The position numbers were made by a program, and so were the translations under genes. A stretch of 62,508 nucleotides of DNA from a virus (taxonomy: Duplodnaviria; Heunggongvirae; Uroviricota; Caudoviricetes): the IMG/VR virus record IMGVR_UViG_3300014208_000001, positions 293,318-355,825 of that record; one strand, 5' to 3'. Of the stretch, positions 52,867 to 62,229 are shown in pieces (the stretch's first letter is position 1; each line of letters begins with the position of its first letter). Below the pieces are notes generated by a model, which ran no database searches, had not been told where the DNA came from, and saw only the letters and a list, made by a program, of their open reading frames with translations.

Positions 52867-55800
52867 CACTCAAAGAATTACTAGAAAAATTATCAAAATA
52901 CCCACCAGAATCAATAATAGTCAATATAGACAATGCAGGATTCATAACCAAAACATCAGGAATAACAACCATCAGTCAAGCAAATGTACACGATGGACAA
53001 GAATATTTAGATATCCCAAAAGATCACCCAATAGCAATATCAATACTCCATATTACCAACAAGCGTATAAGTACTATTAGCAATATGATGGTACTGTGCG
53101 ACAACATCACCAAATAACTTATCGATATCAACATAATCAACATAATTAAAATGATAATTATGCTCAAATGGTATAACATTAATAACAATATTATACCGAT
53201 TCAAATAAACACTAAACTCATACACACCATTCTTAATATCACATTCACACGAATCAGACGCATTACAATAAATTATAAACATATGCTTAAATTTTTTACT
53301 AATAATATCATTAATTATAACAGTATATAAATCACCGATAATACCACAAACATTATCAACACTCTCATTAGTATTTATAGAAATAAACTGATCATCACTA
53401 TAAAACGCAATATCATGATTATAAAAAGGACCATCAACAATATACAATTCATTTATCATAAAATTGACCAATAATAAATTCAGCCTCCGCCAAAGATTTA
53501 CGCCAAATATCCTTAATAATCTGAAAATCAACACCAGAAGGAGAACACAATTTAATATCTCTCCTATATTGCAAATAAATCTGAAAAGCAGTATCAAAAC
53601 GCAACTTATCAAGATCACTCATCTTTACACCCATGCTCAACAATTTGCTTAGCAAAATCACACAATATATCTAACTGACAAAACACCTCATCAAAACCAT
53701 TGGCATGACCCCTATCCCACGCCATATTCTCCAAAATAGAAACACCCTCATCATCAAGAAAATCAGTATATCCCAATGACTCCCTACAATCACGCCAAAA
53801 CTCATCAATCAACTCACTGACTTTATTATTATATGGCCTAACAGCCTCTTTAAACCATTCAGCACTTTTACGCTTAATATCATCCATAGCAGCATTACGA
53901 TCACTAACAGTCAAAGGTGTATTATTAATCACCTCGATCAACGACTTCTCATAATCACGTTTATTAGGATATTCAATACCACTATCAGAATAATACTTAA
54001 AATCTTTCATACCACCTCCATCCAATAAACCAAACACCAAGAAACTTTTACAAATACATCAAAACATGTAAAAGAACAATATGAATGAAAGTATACACGC
54101 AATAATACTAACCGAAATACTATCATTACTCCCAAACTCCAACATCCAACCATTCGGACTAGATGATCCAGACGCAGGAACAGGATTTATACACATATAT
54201 AAGAAACGACGATACACAATAGACATATTAATCTCAGGATTCAAAGTAACAATAAAATTACACAGCGACATACTACCAAAACAAACCCCACTAATACTAA
54301 ATATACTAGACGACCAAATACTAGAAAAAATAATACCATACATAAAAGAATCATTCACAAACCACATAACAAAAATCGATAACCTACAACCAATAACATG
54401 ACAAACGACCTACTAACAATAATCATCAACACAATAAAAGAAACACTACCATTAACAAAATGCGTAACATCAATAGACTCAGCATCAATAGAACACGAAT
54501 CACTATTACTATACATATCTCTACAAAATAATACTATACATATCCTATCAATATACGGAACACAAGACACAGACATGCACGTATTAAACATGACAGAACA
54601 AACAATACTCACAGACCTAAAAAATCTAACACAAAAAATATACAAACGATACAAAGAGTACGAACTACTAGAATGGTAACTCACATCCTACTAAACCACA
54701 TTAGAACAATATTCAAAGCACATAAATTAGCAACAATATTCAACACATCATGCATCACCACTCAAACTATAAACAATAGCACTATAAAATTAATGTATAT
54801 TGTACGTGACAAACACTTCACAATCGAAATGACAGTCAACGAATTAACAGTATTAATAGTATGTTTAGGATTAGGCGTATTCAACACACTACAAATCGAT
54901 TTAACAGACCCAAACATATTTGATATTATCTCAACCACACTCAACGAAGAACTAAACACCCACATACACAAAATACAATTCTACCAAAAACTAAATTATG
55001 ACATCTATACATAACATAATACAACAACTAATAATCGAACAACTACAACAAAAACCACTACTAATCGACTCACAACATGTAGAAAAATTAGGAATGCTAC
55101 AATCATACTTTAAATTCGACGAACTAGTACTAAATATTCATGTCTTAATAAAAGACAACACACTATACTTATCCGCATACCCACACAACCGCACTTTTAA
55201 TTATGATATCACCCACCTAGTAGATTTAACAGATCCAAATATAATCACATCAATAACCAACTACATCCAAAAAGTAAAAACACACTATGACCTACCTTGA
55301 ACAAATAATCATAAACGAATTCACAAAACACATCCCACCAAACTCAACCATAAACCACTCAAACAACACCATATCAATACTAACAACAATAAACAACGAA
55401 GCACTACAATATCACATACACACAACACACAACACACTAACCATAAAAATCCTATCAACAGTCAACCAATCCAATCAAATCACACTAAACCTATCAAACC
55501 CACACATAATATCACAACTAAAACTACACATACTAGAAGCACTCGCCCACCACCAATACAGCACACTCATATCAAAACTATTATTTATGAACAAATATAA
55601 TCCTTGATTTTATCAAACTCATAAAACTCTATACGCCAACGCTTATCTGAAAAATTATCAAAAACATCAATATACTCATCTAAAACAGTAACCGTATAAA
55701 TAAGACCACCACTAAACCCACCATGAAACGACTGAATAACCAAAAACTCCTGCGGCCTCCAAATAATATAATCAACACCAACACCCAACTCAATAATATA

Positions 55801-56438
55801 ATCAACAATAACCAACTCAAACTGAGAAAGCGACGTATGATACTTAACAGCCATCAAATACCCCACAAATATTAACAAACCAAAACAACAAAACAATATC
55901 ACAAAAACACCACAAAAAGTAAAACACCAAATAACCATGGAAACAGACCTAGACACCATAATAATAGAAACATTCACACAACACCACAACATATCACACA
56001 CATACAAACCAGACACAACCACCATAATACTAGAATCACTATCACCTCACGGACTAATAGTAACACGCATAACCACCACCAACACACTACACCTCAAAAC
56101 ACAACAATACCTATACAAACAATTAGCACAACCACAAGAAACAACCATCCAACTAACAGACCCACACATACTAACCAAACTAGACACATATGCAAGAAAT
56201 AGCTACCATAATAATCAATAGCATAACAAACAACATAGGAAAAATAACATCAACATATACACTACACAACTACTACATACTAACAATCAAAAACATAATA
56301 ATAGAAATATTCATATTTGACATACCACTAATAAAAATATACCACATATCACCAAGAGGAATAAGAGCACTACTATCAGAAATACACTACAACCCACTAC
56401 ACGACAACCCACAAATACTAGGCACACAATAACAAACA

Positions 56439-56708
56439 TCACACAATAACATCTTCACACAACTTATTAACAACCACCTCATACAACTCAATAACAATCG
56501 AACCACCCTCACTAAAAATATCACCACTCATACAACGCATCAAAAGATCAACATTATACCTATAAGAATTCAAATCAATAGCCTTAAAAATATCATCAGT
56601 AGTATTATAACTACTATACCCCTGCGAATATTCATGATCAGACACATACCCATCATTCTTGCTATCGATAACCTTCATAACCTTGATAACTTTAGTAACA
56701 ACGTTCAC
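56439..56708 (-). CDS. hypothetical protein
   Basis: GTG start after GAGGG. Confidence 0.5.
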   Translation of the reverse strand: MNVVTKVIKVMKVIDSKNDGYVSDHEYSQGYSSYNTTDDIFKAIDLNSYRYNVDLLMRCMSGDIFSEGGSIVIELYEVVVNKLCEDVIV

Positions 56709-56733
56709 ATTAAAAGCCCTCTAAAACTCCGGA

Positions 56734-56999
56734 AAATATTTCGCGCAGAAAAACACACTCCGGGGACCCAAAAAATTAATTTCTAATCTGCGACATAACA
56801 GCAGCATAAGCATGAATAGATGCCCAATCTGGTTCAGCTTCATCTGAGTGATGCCTACGCCAACCCTCCTGCCGACAAGTTTCAGAACAATAAAACTTAT
56901 TAAGATTCTCAACAGGCACACGCTTATTACAAATACTACAAAAACCAGTTGCAAACGGCATCAAAAGCCCCCTAGGAGTTAAAGAAATATATCGCGCAG
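56734..56999. repeat. direct repeat AAATAT(T/A)TCGCGCAG (56734-56748, 56985-56999), each with a nearby AAAAGCCC element
   Basis: visible twice, upstream of the last two minus-strand AT-rich genes. Confidence 0.6.
56776..56961 (-). CDS. small Zn-finger protein
   Basis: CSIC...FYCSETCR; AGGGG RBS. Confidence 0.6.
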   Translation of the reverse strand: MPFATGFCSICNKRVPVENLNKFYCSETCRQEGWRRHHSDEAEPDWASIHAYAAVMSQIRN

Positions 57000-57011
57000 G
57001 AGAGAAACCCG

Positions 57012-57036
57012 ACCCCTATTGGGGTATATTTACCCC
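57012..57036. repeat. interlocked inverted repeats ACCCC-TATT-GGGGT / GGGGTA-TATT-TACCCC at the AT/GC junction
   Basis: direct reading of 57011-57047. Confidence 0.6.
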
Positions 57037-57051
57037 TTCCCCCTCCCATAC

Positions 57052-57216
57052 TTAGTATGTTGCAGGGAATATCTGTGCCAGTAAATCGTACGCGAGTGCT
57101 CCCCCGACAATTGGGACAGCGAGTAATTCGATGGTGAGGATTGTCAGTTTATTGTTGCTTCCCTTGGCTGCTGCGTAAAGGATGGCGAGCCATGCTGCTG
57201 CTGGAATTGTGACCAT
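57052..57216 (-). CDS. small membrane protein (54 aa)
   Basis: AAGGAG RBS; MVTIPAAAWLAILY...; two hydrophobic segments. Confidence 0.65.
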   Translation of the reverse strand: MVTIPAAAWLAILYAAAKGSNNKLTILTIELLAVPIVGGALAYDLLAQIFPATY

Positions 57217-57422
57217 CGTGGTCTCCTTGTGCACGTCGTGTGCTGGGAATTGTTGCAGGGCACAGGGGGCTCCGAAAAGTGGGAGCCCCCTTGCCGAGAC
57301 ACCCGACGCTGGTTCGGGTTCACCACCTCCGACGCTGGCTCGGAAGAACACCATTCGCTCAGGGGGTTGTTGCAGGGGGCGGGGATCCAGTAAAAGTGGG
57401 ATCCCCGCCACCCCGCAGGCGG

Positions 57423-57587
57423 TCACTCGTCGTCTTCGTCGACGTCGATGTCCATCTCTGCGTCGTCGTTGTCTTCGTCGTCGGGGTCGAGGTCGTGGTG
57501 GTCCTCCTGTTCGGAGCGGTTCACTTGACGTGTCGCGAGATCGTCTGCGATTGCAGCGTCGATCTCACTCCTGCGGAGCATCATCAT
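57423..57587 (-). CDS. small highly acidic protein (54 aa; not in the ORF track)
   Basis: GGAGGAG RBS; MMMLRRSEIDAAIADDLATRQVNRSEQEDHHDLDPDDEDNDDAEMDIDVDEDDE. Confidence 0.7.
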   Translation of the reverse strand: MMMLRRSEIDAAIADDLATRQVNRSEQEDHHDLDPDDEDNDDAEMDIDVDEDDE

Positions 57588-57624
57588 GGCTCACTCTCCT
57601 CCGGGCGGAATTGCCCGATGCCGG

Positions 57625-57653
57625 ATTATTGCGGCAGGGGGGAGTGTCGTCAA
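57625..57653 (-). promoter_or_regulatory. sigma70-like promoter TTGACG-N17-AATAAT
   Basis: near-consensus, upstream of 57587; back-to-back with the + strand copy at 57689-57718. Confidence 0.7.
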
Positions 57654-57870
57654 GTGGCGGTGGTGGTGGCGGGTGGCGAGCAGCCCACTTAACGAGGAGT
57701 GGGGGGTGCCGCAACAGGGGGGAGTCAGGGACGCGAACGACGAAACGACGCGACTGACGACCACCGCGACACCCGGAATTGCCGGGACCACCCGGTGGTG
57801 CAAGAATCTGGTGTGGTGGGGGCGTGGTGCTCCCGCCCTGCAACGCAACTCTCGAATGGGGTCTCGAATC

Positions 57871-58218
57871 ATGGCCACGCAGAACACGAAGAAGGAAGCG
57901 GCACGCGTCAGCGAAGGTCTCGTCAAACTCGTGCAGGACACCAGCCCGGTCGCCAAGTGCCTGGACACGGACAGCGTGCGGGGGCTGCTCCTGATGGCTC
58001 TGCAGACCGTCTCGGTGAAGCGGTCGATCCTGCAGGCGGTGGGTGTCACGGACATCTCCGAGGACAAGCTGAACGAGCCGCTGACGCTGCCCGCGAAGAA
58101 GGCGACCCGCCGTCGCAAGCAGAACGTCGCCGCGAACGCCGCTGCGAACGCCGCCGCTGCTGCCGAACCCGGCAACGACGACGAGGAAGAGGAAGACGAC
58201 GACAACGACGGCGAATGA
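57871..58218 (+). CDS. hypothetical protein with basic patch, Ala-rich linker and acidic tail
   Basis: ATG 57871; GC-rich third codon positions; ends EPGNDDEEEEDDDNDGE. Confidence 0.7.
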   Translation: MATQNTKKEAARVSEGLVKLVQDTSPVAKCLDTDSVRGLLLMALQTVSVKRSILQAVGVTDISEDKLNEPLTLPAKKATRRRKQNVAANAAANAAAAAEPGNDDEEEEDDDNDGE

Positions 58219-58275
58219 TCGCCTGCGGGACCTCCACCCGCTTTTTCTCTGCTGGGGCGGGGAGACAACTCCCCG

Positions 58276-58330
58276 CCCATTTTCTCTCACTCCCACTCAC
58301 TGCAACAGAGAGGGGTTGAGAGAAAATGGG
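58276..58330 (+). repeat. long hairpin CCCATTTTCTCTCA...TGAGAGAAAATGGG enclosing one motif copy
   Basis: perfect 14-bp inverted repeat. Confidence 0.7.
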
Positions 58331-58354
58331 CTCTTTCCAGAAAGGAAATCACGT

Positions 58355-58636
58355 ATGTTGATCCACTACATGGACCATAACGACGGTGAAATGATTGTCA
58401 AAGTCGAGGAAGACACCTATCGCGAGACGCTGACCAACCTCGACGGTAGAGAACTCGCGGAATGGTTTTCCAAAGCCAAAGAAATCATCAACCACGATCC
58501 GAAGATCTCGGAGTTTGACGCCTGCGAAGCTTTTTTCTCGTTCACCGATGTCGCGAATGGCTACACCACCGCGAAATCGCTCCTAGCAGAGCTTGACGAC
58601 GAGGGGCGAGGAAGACGAATAACCAGCCAGTTGTGA
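58355..58636 (+). CDS. hypothetical acidic protein
   Basis: AAGGA RBS; ATG 58355. Confidence 0.65.
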   Translation: MLIHYMDHNDGEMIVKVEEDTYRETLTNLDGRELAEWFSKAKEIINHDPKISEFDACEAFFSFTDVANGYTTAKSLLAELDDEGRGRRITSQL

Positions 58637-58671
58637 GTGGTGAACTTGAGACCCCGTGACTTGGAGGGACA

Positions 58672-58749
58672 GTGAAAACTCGCACACTCATGTGGTTTGC
58701 GTTGGTGTGTTCGCTTTTGAATTCGCTTGCGATCATTCTGCGACCGTGA
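58672..58749 (+). CDS. 25-aa hydrophobic peptide
   Basis: GGAGGG RBS; MKTRTLMWFALVCSLLNSLAIILRP. Confidence 0.5.
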   Translation: MKTRTLMWFALVCSLLNSLAIILRP

Positions 58750-58816
58750 ATTGTACGGACCTCCCCCTTCTTGAAAGAGGAGGGGGAGTTTTGCCAGCCC
58801 ACTTTCCAGCGAGGAA

Positions 58817-59032
58817 ATGCCCGTGCCTGAACAGAAACTGTACAAGAACAAGTGTGATTCGCTGCAGTATTGTCCTGTCGTGAACGGCGAGGACAGGCCG
58901 ATCGGTGACAGCGTGTCTGAGCAGGATTTGGCTGATCGTGGCTTTGTGCCGGTCAAGGCGTGGCGTTTGGGAGAATTGGTGGTGTTTGAGAGCGAGAACG
59001 GGAATTCGGTCCTCGATTGCTCTCAGAACTGA
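58817..59032 (+). CDS. hypothetical protein
   Basis: follows motif and GAGGA RBS (start may be GTG 58823). Confidence 0.6.
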   Translation: MPVPEQKLYKNKCDSLQYCPVVNGEDRPIGDSVSEQDLADRGFVPVKAWRLGELVVFESENGNSVLDCSQN

Positions 59033-59121
59033 TCACTGACCCGCCACGTGAGGGTTTACGGGACTCCCCATTCTTGAAATAGGAGGGGGGGTCCCGTTCC
59101 ATTTCCAGCGAGGAAATACGA

Positions 59122-59463
59122 ATGTTGAAAGATGATTTTGCTCAGCAAGCACTAGCATATGCACAATCGATTTCGGCGGTGAAACCAGCTCACCGTAACG
59201 GTGGAGAGGTGTCTAATTCACCGTTAATTGTGCTGCAGGATTTGTATCTCGCGTATTGCAACAGCGAGATTCTCGAACCGGGCAATTACTCCGCGAACGA
59301 ACTCCGCGAATTGATCTGTGAATATCACGCTAATGGTACGAAGGGCGTGTACATTATGGATCAAGATGAGATCATCGACGAACTGTGGCGAGCATACGTC
59401 GACAGTCTGGATGATGACGACGATTGTACTCCAGCCGAATTCCTCAGTACACTCTGCGAATAA
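59122..59463 (+). CDS. hypothetical acidic protein
   Basis: follows motif and RBS. Confidence 0.65.
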   Translation: MLKDDFAQQALAYAQSISAVKPAHRNGGEVSNSPLIVLQDLYLAYCNSEILEPGNYSANELRELICEYHANGTKGVYIMDQDEIIDELWRAYVDSLDDDDDCTPAEFLSTLCE

Positions 59464-59539
59464 GCCACCGGGGTTTACCGGATCCCCCTTCTTGAAAGAG
59501 GAGGGGGTAGAGGCCCCACTTTCCAGCGAGGAAAAATCC

Positions 59540-59914
59540 GTGAGCAAACAAAAGCAAATGGCTTTGAAAAAGATGCTGGATACTGCGGCGGCGTGTCAAG
59601 AATGGCGTGCCAACAACCGTGGTGTCATCCCATTGGAGAGCCAACATCTCTTTGACGAAAATCGCAAAGCTCGCATTGAGTACGGGCGATTGTGCACCAA
59701 AGAAGAAGCCAAAATCTGCAAAGTCGCAAAGGTGACAGATCTCGCCACCAATGAGGAATTCGTTGATTTGCGAGTTCCACTCGATGTGTTCAAACGCATC
59801 AGGGAGGCTATCGAAGCCGGTTTTTCTGACGAAGAACAGTTTGCACTGGCCGCAGACGGTAAATTGTATGCCAGAACGCTTTCTGTGTTGTTTGACCTCA
59901 GGAAGATCGATTGA
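59540..59914 (+). CDS. hypothetical protein
   Basis: GTG 59540 after GAGGA. Confidence 0.65.
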   Translation: MSKQKQMALKKMLDTAAACQEWRANNRGVIPLESQHLFDENRKARIEYGRLCTKEEAKICKVAKVTDLATNEEFVDLRVPLDVFKRIREAIEAGFSDEEQFALAADGKLYARTLSVLFDLRKID

Positions 59915-59999
59915 ACATACAGATGGATTGGTTTACCGGATCCCCCCCCTTCTTGAAATAGGATGGGGAGAACCACCCTTTCCAGTGAGGAAAATATGA

Positions 60000-60221
60000 A
60001 TGTTCGAATGTTTTAGTCTTACAGATTTCACATGGGTTGAATTGCTGGAATTCATGCTGATTCCGCATTACAGCAACCAACATAGGGATGATACGCCGCC
60101 AAAATCGTTCGAAATCAAAACCATCAAGTGTGGCGATGAAAACGAACAATTCTTGGTGGTATGGGATGGGCAACGGCCAACAGATCAACAAATTATCAAC
60201 CAATTCATCATGAGGAAATAA
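60000..60221 (+). CDS. hypothetical protein
   Basis: follows motif and RBS. Confidence 0.6.
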   Translation: MFECFSLTDFTWVELLEFMLIPHYSNQHRDDTPPKSFEIKTIKCGDENEQFLVVWDGQRPTDQQIINQFIMRK

Positions 60222-60484
60222 TGCAACTCAACCACGCCCAACTCATCCGGCAAGCTTCCGAAACCATCGACTCCGAAATCGAAATCTACGCCGACTATTC
60301 TGGTCGCGGAATGATGGGGAATTCGACCGCCGGAGTCACTGGCGATAAGAGTTCAATCATCGCTGCGATGGTTTACGCGGCATTTGAAATTGGTCGCAGT
60401 GGTGGTGATGTCGACGAATTCATGGTTGATATCCATCGACTGCGATGGGACAACATGGGACGATCTGATGTGATCGCTTACTAG
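60221..60484 (+). CDS. hypothetical phage protein (YSGRGM motif)
   Basis: GAGGA RBS; TAATG coupling. Confidence 0.65.
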   Translation: MQLNHAQLIRQASETIDSEIEIYADYSGRGMMGNSTAGVTGDKSSIIAAMVYAAFEIGRSGGDVDEFMVDIHRLRWDNMGRSDVIAY

Positions 60485-60496
60485 GAAGGGTGATGA

Positions 60497-60685
60497 ATGA
60501 CACCACACGATAAGGCTCGCGAAGAGCGTGCTCTGAATTGTGATACGGATAATTTGGAAGCCCTCGAAGATGCCATTCGAGGGCTTCAAAGCACAGATGA
60601 CCCATCTTTGGTTGGGTTACATGATGAGTTAATGGAGAAATACGAGAAATTGAAACGTCAGCGTGATACTCCGACTGATGTTTAG
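60497..60685 (+). CDS. hypothetical protein
   Basis: 62 aa; convergent with the minus-strand block. Confidence 0.55.
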   Translation: MTPHDKAREERALNCDTDNLEALEDAIRGLQSTDDPSLVGLHDELMEKYEKLKRQRDTPTDV

Positions 60686-60690
60686 CTCGC

Positions 60691-60939
60691 CTATTCGTTG
60701 ACTGGTGAGATGTATCTGCTTTCTACTCGTCCATCTGGTTCGAGGACTTCGAGGTAGCAGCTTGGACAATTTGTGTCTTTGACTTGTCCGAGTGTGAGTT
60801 GTTCGTCGGGCGGTAGGTCTGGATTGATTTCGTTGATCCAGCTTGTCGCCGCTTGAATCAGAGCTTCTTCACGTGTTGCAGCTTCGACCCAGAGCAATTC
60901 CCACCAATCTCCGTCGACGATTATTGGCCATTTTTTCAT
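60691..60939 (-). CDS. hypothetical protein
   Basis: follows motif; GGAG RBS. Confidence 0.6.
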   Translation of the reverse strand: MKKWPIIVDGDWWELLWVEAATREEALIQAATSWINEINPDLPPDEQLTLGQVKDTNCPSCYLEVLEPDGRVESRYISPVNE

Positions 60940-61010
60940 TGTCTACTTCTCCCGGCGGGACCATCCCCACACCCCCCTCTTGCAGGGGGAGGGGGATCGG
61001 TAAAATCCCG

Positions 61011-61310
61011 TCAGAGAGTGTTCTCCTCGCTGGCGAAGATGCATTCAGCAACACGTGCTCGCAGTGCTGGTGTCCACGCGATTTCTTCGTCGGTGAAGAG
61101 TGGTTCGGTCAGTTCGCAGAGATCAGTATCCACGAGTTCTTCTCTTGACGCGTGAACTCTGCTGTCGAACTCCCGGCTTTCATCAGGCATCGCAACTGTG
61201 ATGTGAACGATTCCTTCGATGTCGTCGTCATTCACGACGTTGAGCAAAGCATCATACTCCGTTTCGTCGTCACGACGCACTGTCGATAGAGCCAACACTG
61301 TCACTTGCAT
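61011..61310 (-). CDS. hypothetical acidic protein
   Basis: ATG 61310 after GGGAG. Confidence 0.65.
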   Translation of the reverse strand: MQVTVLALSTVRRDDETEYDALLNVVNDDDIEGIVHITVAMPDESREFDSRVHASREELVDTDLCELTEPLFTDEEIAWTPALRARVAECIFASEENTL

Positions 61311-61382
61311 TTCTGATTCTCCCAGTGGGGCCAATCCCCCACACCCCACTGTTTCAGGGGCATGGGGATCGGTAAACCCCGC

Positions 61383-61676
61383 TTAGCTCGTCATAGCCTT
61401 GATCATGAGCGTCACCGCAGCTCCATGATCACCACCAAACGCCATACGAGCGATCTCACCAATCACATGAGCATCAGAGACAGGTCCGTTGACGCGGGAA
61501 TCACCCCAGTACCACTGCTTCCGATGCAAGTACCGCTTGAACGTGATCTCTTCTTTGGTGGTGTCTTCGGTGAGCTTGATGAAAATCCGGACGATGCGGA
61601 CTGGTCGCGTTTGACCATGCTTGTTGCGGGGGAAGATGCGGAATTCGTCACGGTCAGTGGTAATCGCGTATCGCAT
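61383..61676 (-). CDS. hypothetical protein
   Basis: GGAG RBS; follows motif. Confidence 0.6.
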   Translation of the reverse strand: MRYAITTDRDEFRIFPRNKHGQTRPVRIVRIFIKLTEDTTKEEITFKRYLHRKQWYWGDSRVNGPVSDAHVIGEIARMAFGGDHGAAVTLMIKAMTS

Positions 61677-61848
61677 TCGAGGGTCTCCAAAGGATTATTG
61701 GCCTGACCCACTTCTATTACAGGACCCCCCAATGATAGTAAAATCCCCCCTCCCGAGGAACACTCAGGAGGGGGCACCCATGCTAGCCTGTTATAAGGTG
61801 AGGGAAGAAACACTAGCTACCATGCACCTCACCATAAGTGCGTGTTCG

Positions 61849-62178
61849 TTACTCGAAACCGTACTCCTCAGGATCAAAATCCACAGGGAGAGCATCCAAA
61901 AACGTCACAGCTCCCTTCTGCGTCGGAAATTCAACGTCAAGCCGCGACCACACCGGATCAGGATAATCAGACTGCACGTGGCACTCAATCCCAGCAGCAC
62001 TGGCGATGACGAGATACTTCGGAAACTCTCGGTAAACAGGCGGGCCGTCACTCCACTCTTCGGCACCACTGAACGCCATCCACATGTCTTTGTTGAACGG
62101 CAGCGTTTTGGGGTTGATCGCGGATGATTTACCGATACCGATCGCCACGCAATCGCGAATCAATTGTCCGAAGTTCAT
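61849..62178 (-). CDS. hypothetical protein
   Basis: follows the motif at 62213-62240. Confidence 0.6.
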   Translation of the reverse strand: MNFGQLIRDCVAIGIGKSSAINPKTLPFNKDMWMAFSGAEEWSDGPPVYREFPKYLVIASAAGIECHVQSDYPDPVWSRLDVEFPTQKGAVTFLDALPVDFDPEEYGFE

Positions 62179-62229
62179 GGTACTCTCTCTGTTTGGGTGA
62201 GCGGAACCCCATCCTATTGCTACCAGCTG

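Larger units (their letters stand above)
48882..56432. other. array of more than 20 small hypothetical CDS on both strands, including a paralogue family with a C-terminal (I/L)xLxDPx(I/L) motif
   Basis: IDLLDPKLF (48882), LNLHDDNLF (49124), LNILDDQIL (54081), IDLTDPNIF (54673), VDLTDPNII (54998), LNLSNPHII (55287), IQLTDPHIL (55937). Confidence 0.6.

Noticed and set aside
4640-54060. Recurrent GTATTT/AAATAC words in short intergenic gaps as a late promoter
   Set aside because: They are too short and AT-rich to distinguish from background by eye; this needs a statistical motif test.
1-57000. Stop-codon reassignment (TAG or TGA) explaining the fragmented DnaE
   Set aside because: Other conserved genes (thyX, fcl, radical SAM, the 1264-aa protein) are intact in the standard code, and the DnaE pieces are separated by whole genes.
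57182-58319. Long overlapping ORFs (57182-57757, 57565-58296, 57591-58280, 57699-58319)
   Set aside because: These are shadow ORFs caused by high GC. RBS positions and codon pattern support 57423-57587 (minus) and 57871-58218 (plus) instead.
58750-60000. CRISPR array or integron attC array
   Set aside because: Repeats are degenerate and separated by 300-450-nt complete genes. No cas or integrase gene is in the window, and the repeats lack attC RYYYAAC...GTTRRRY ends.
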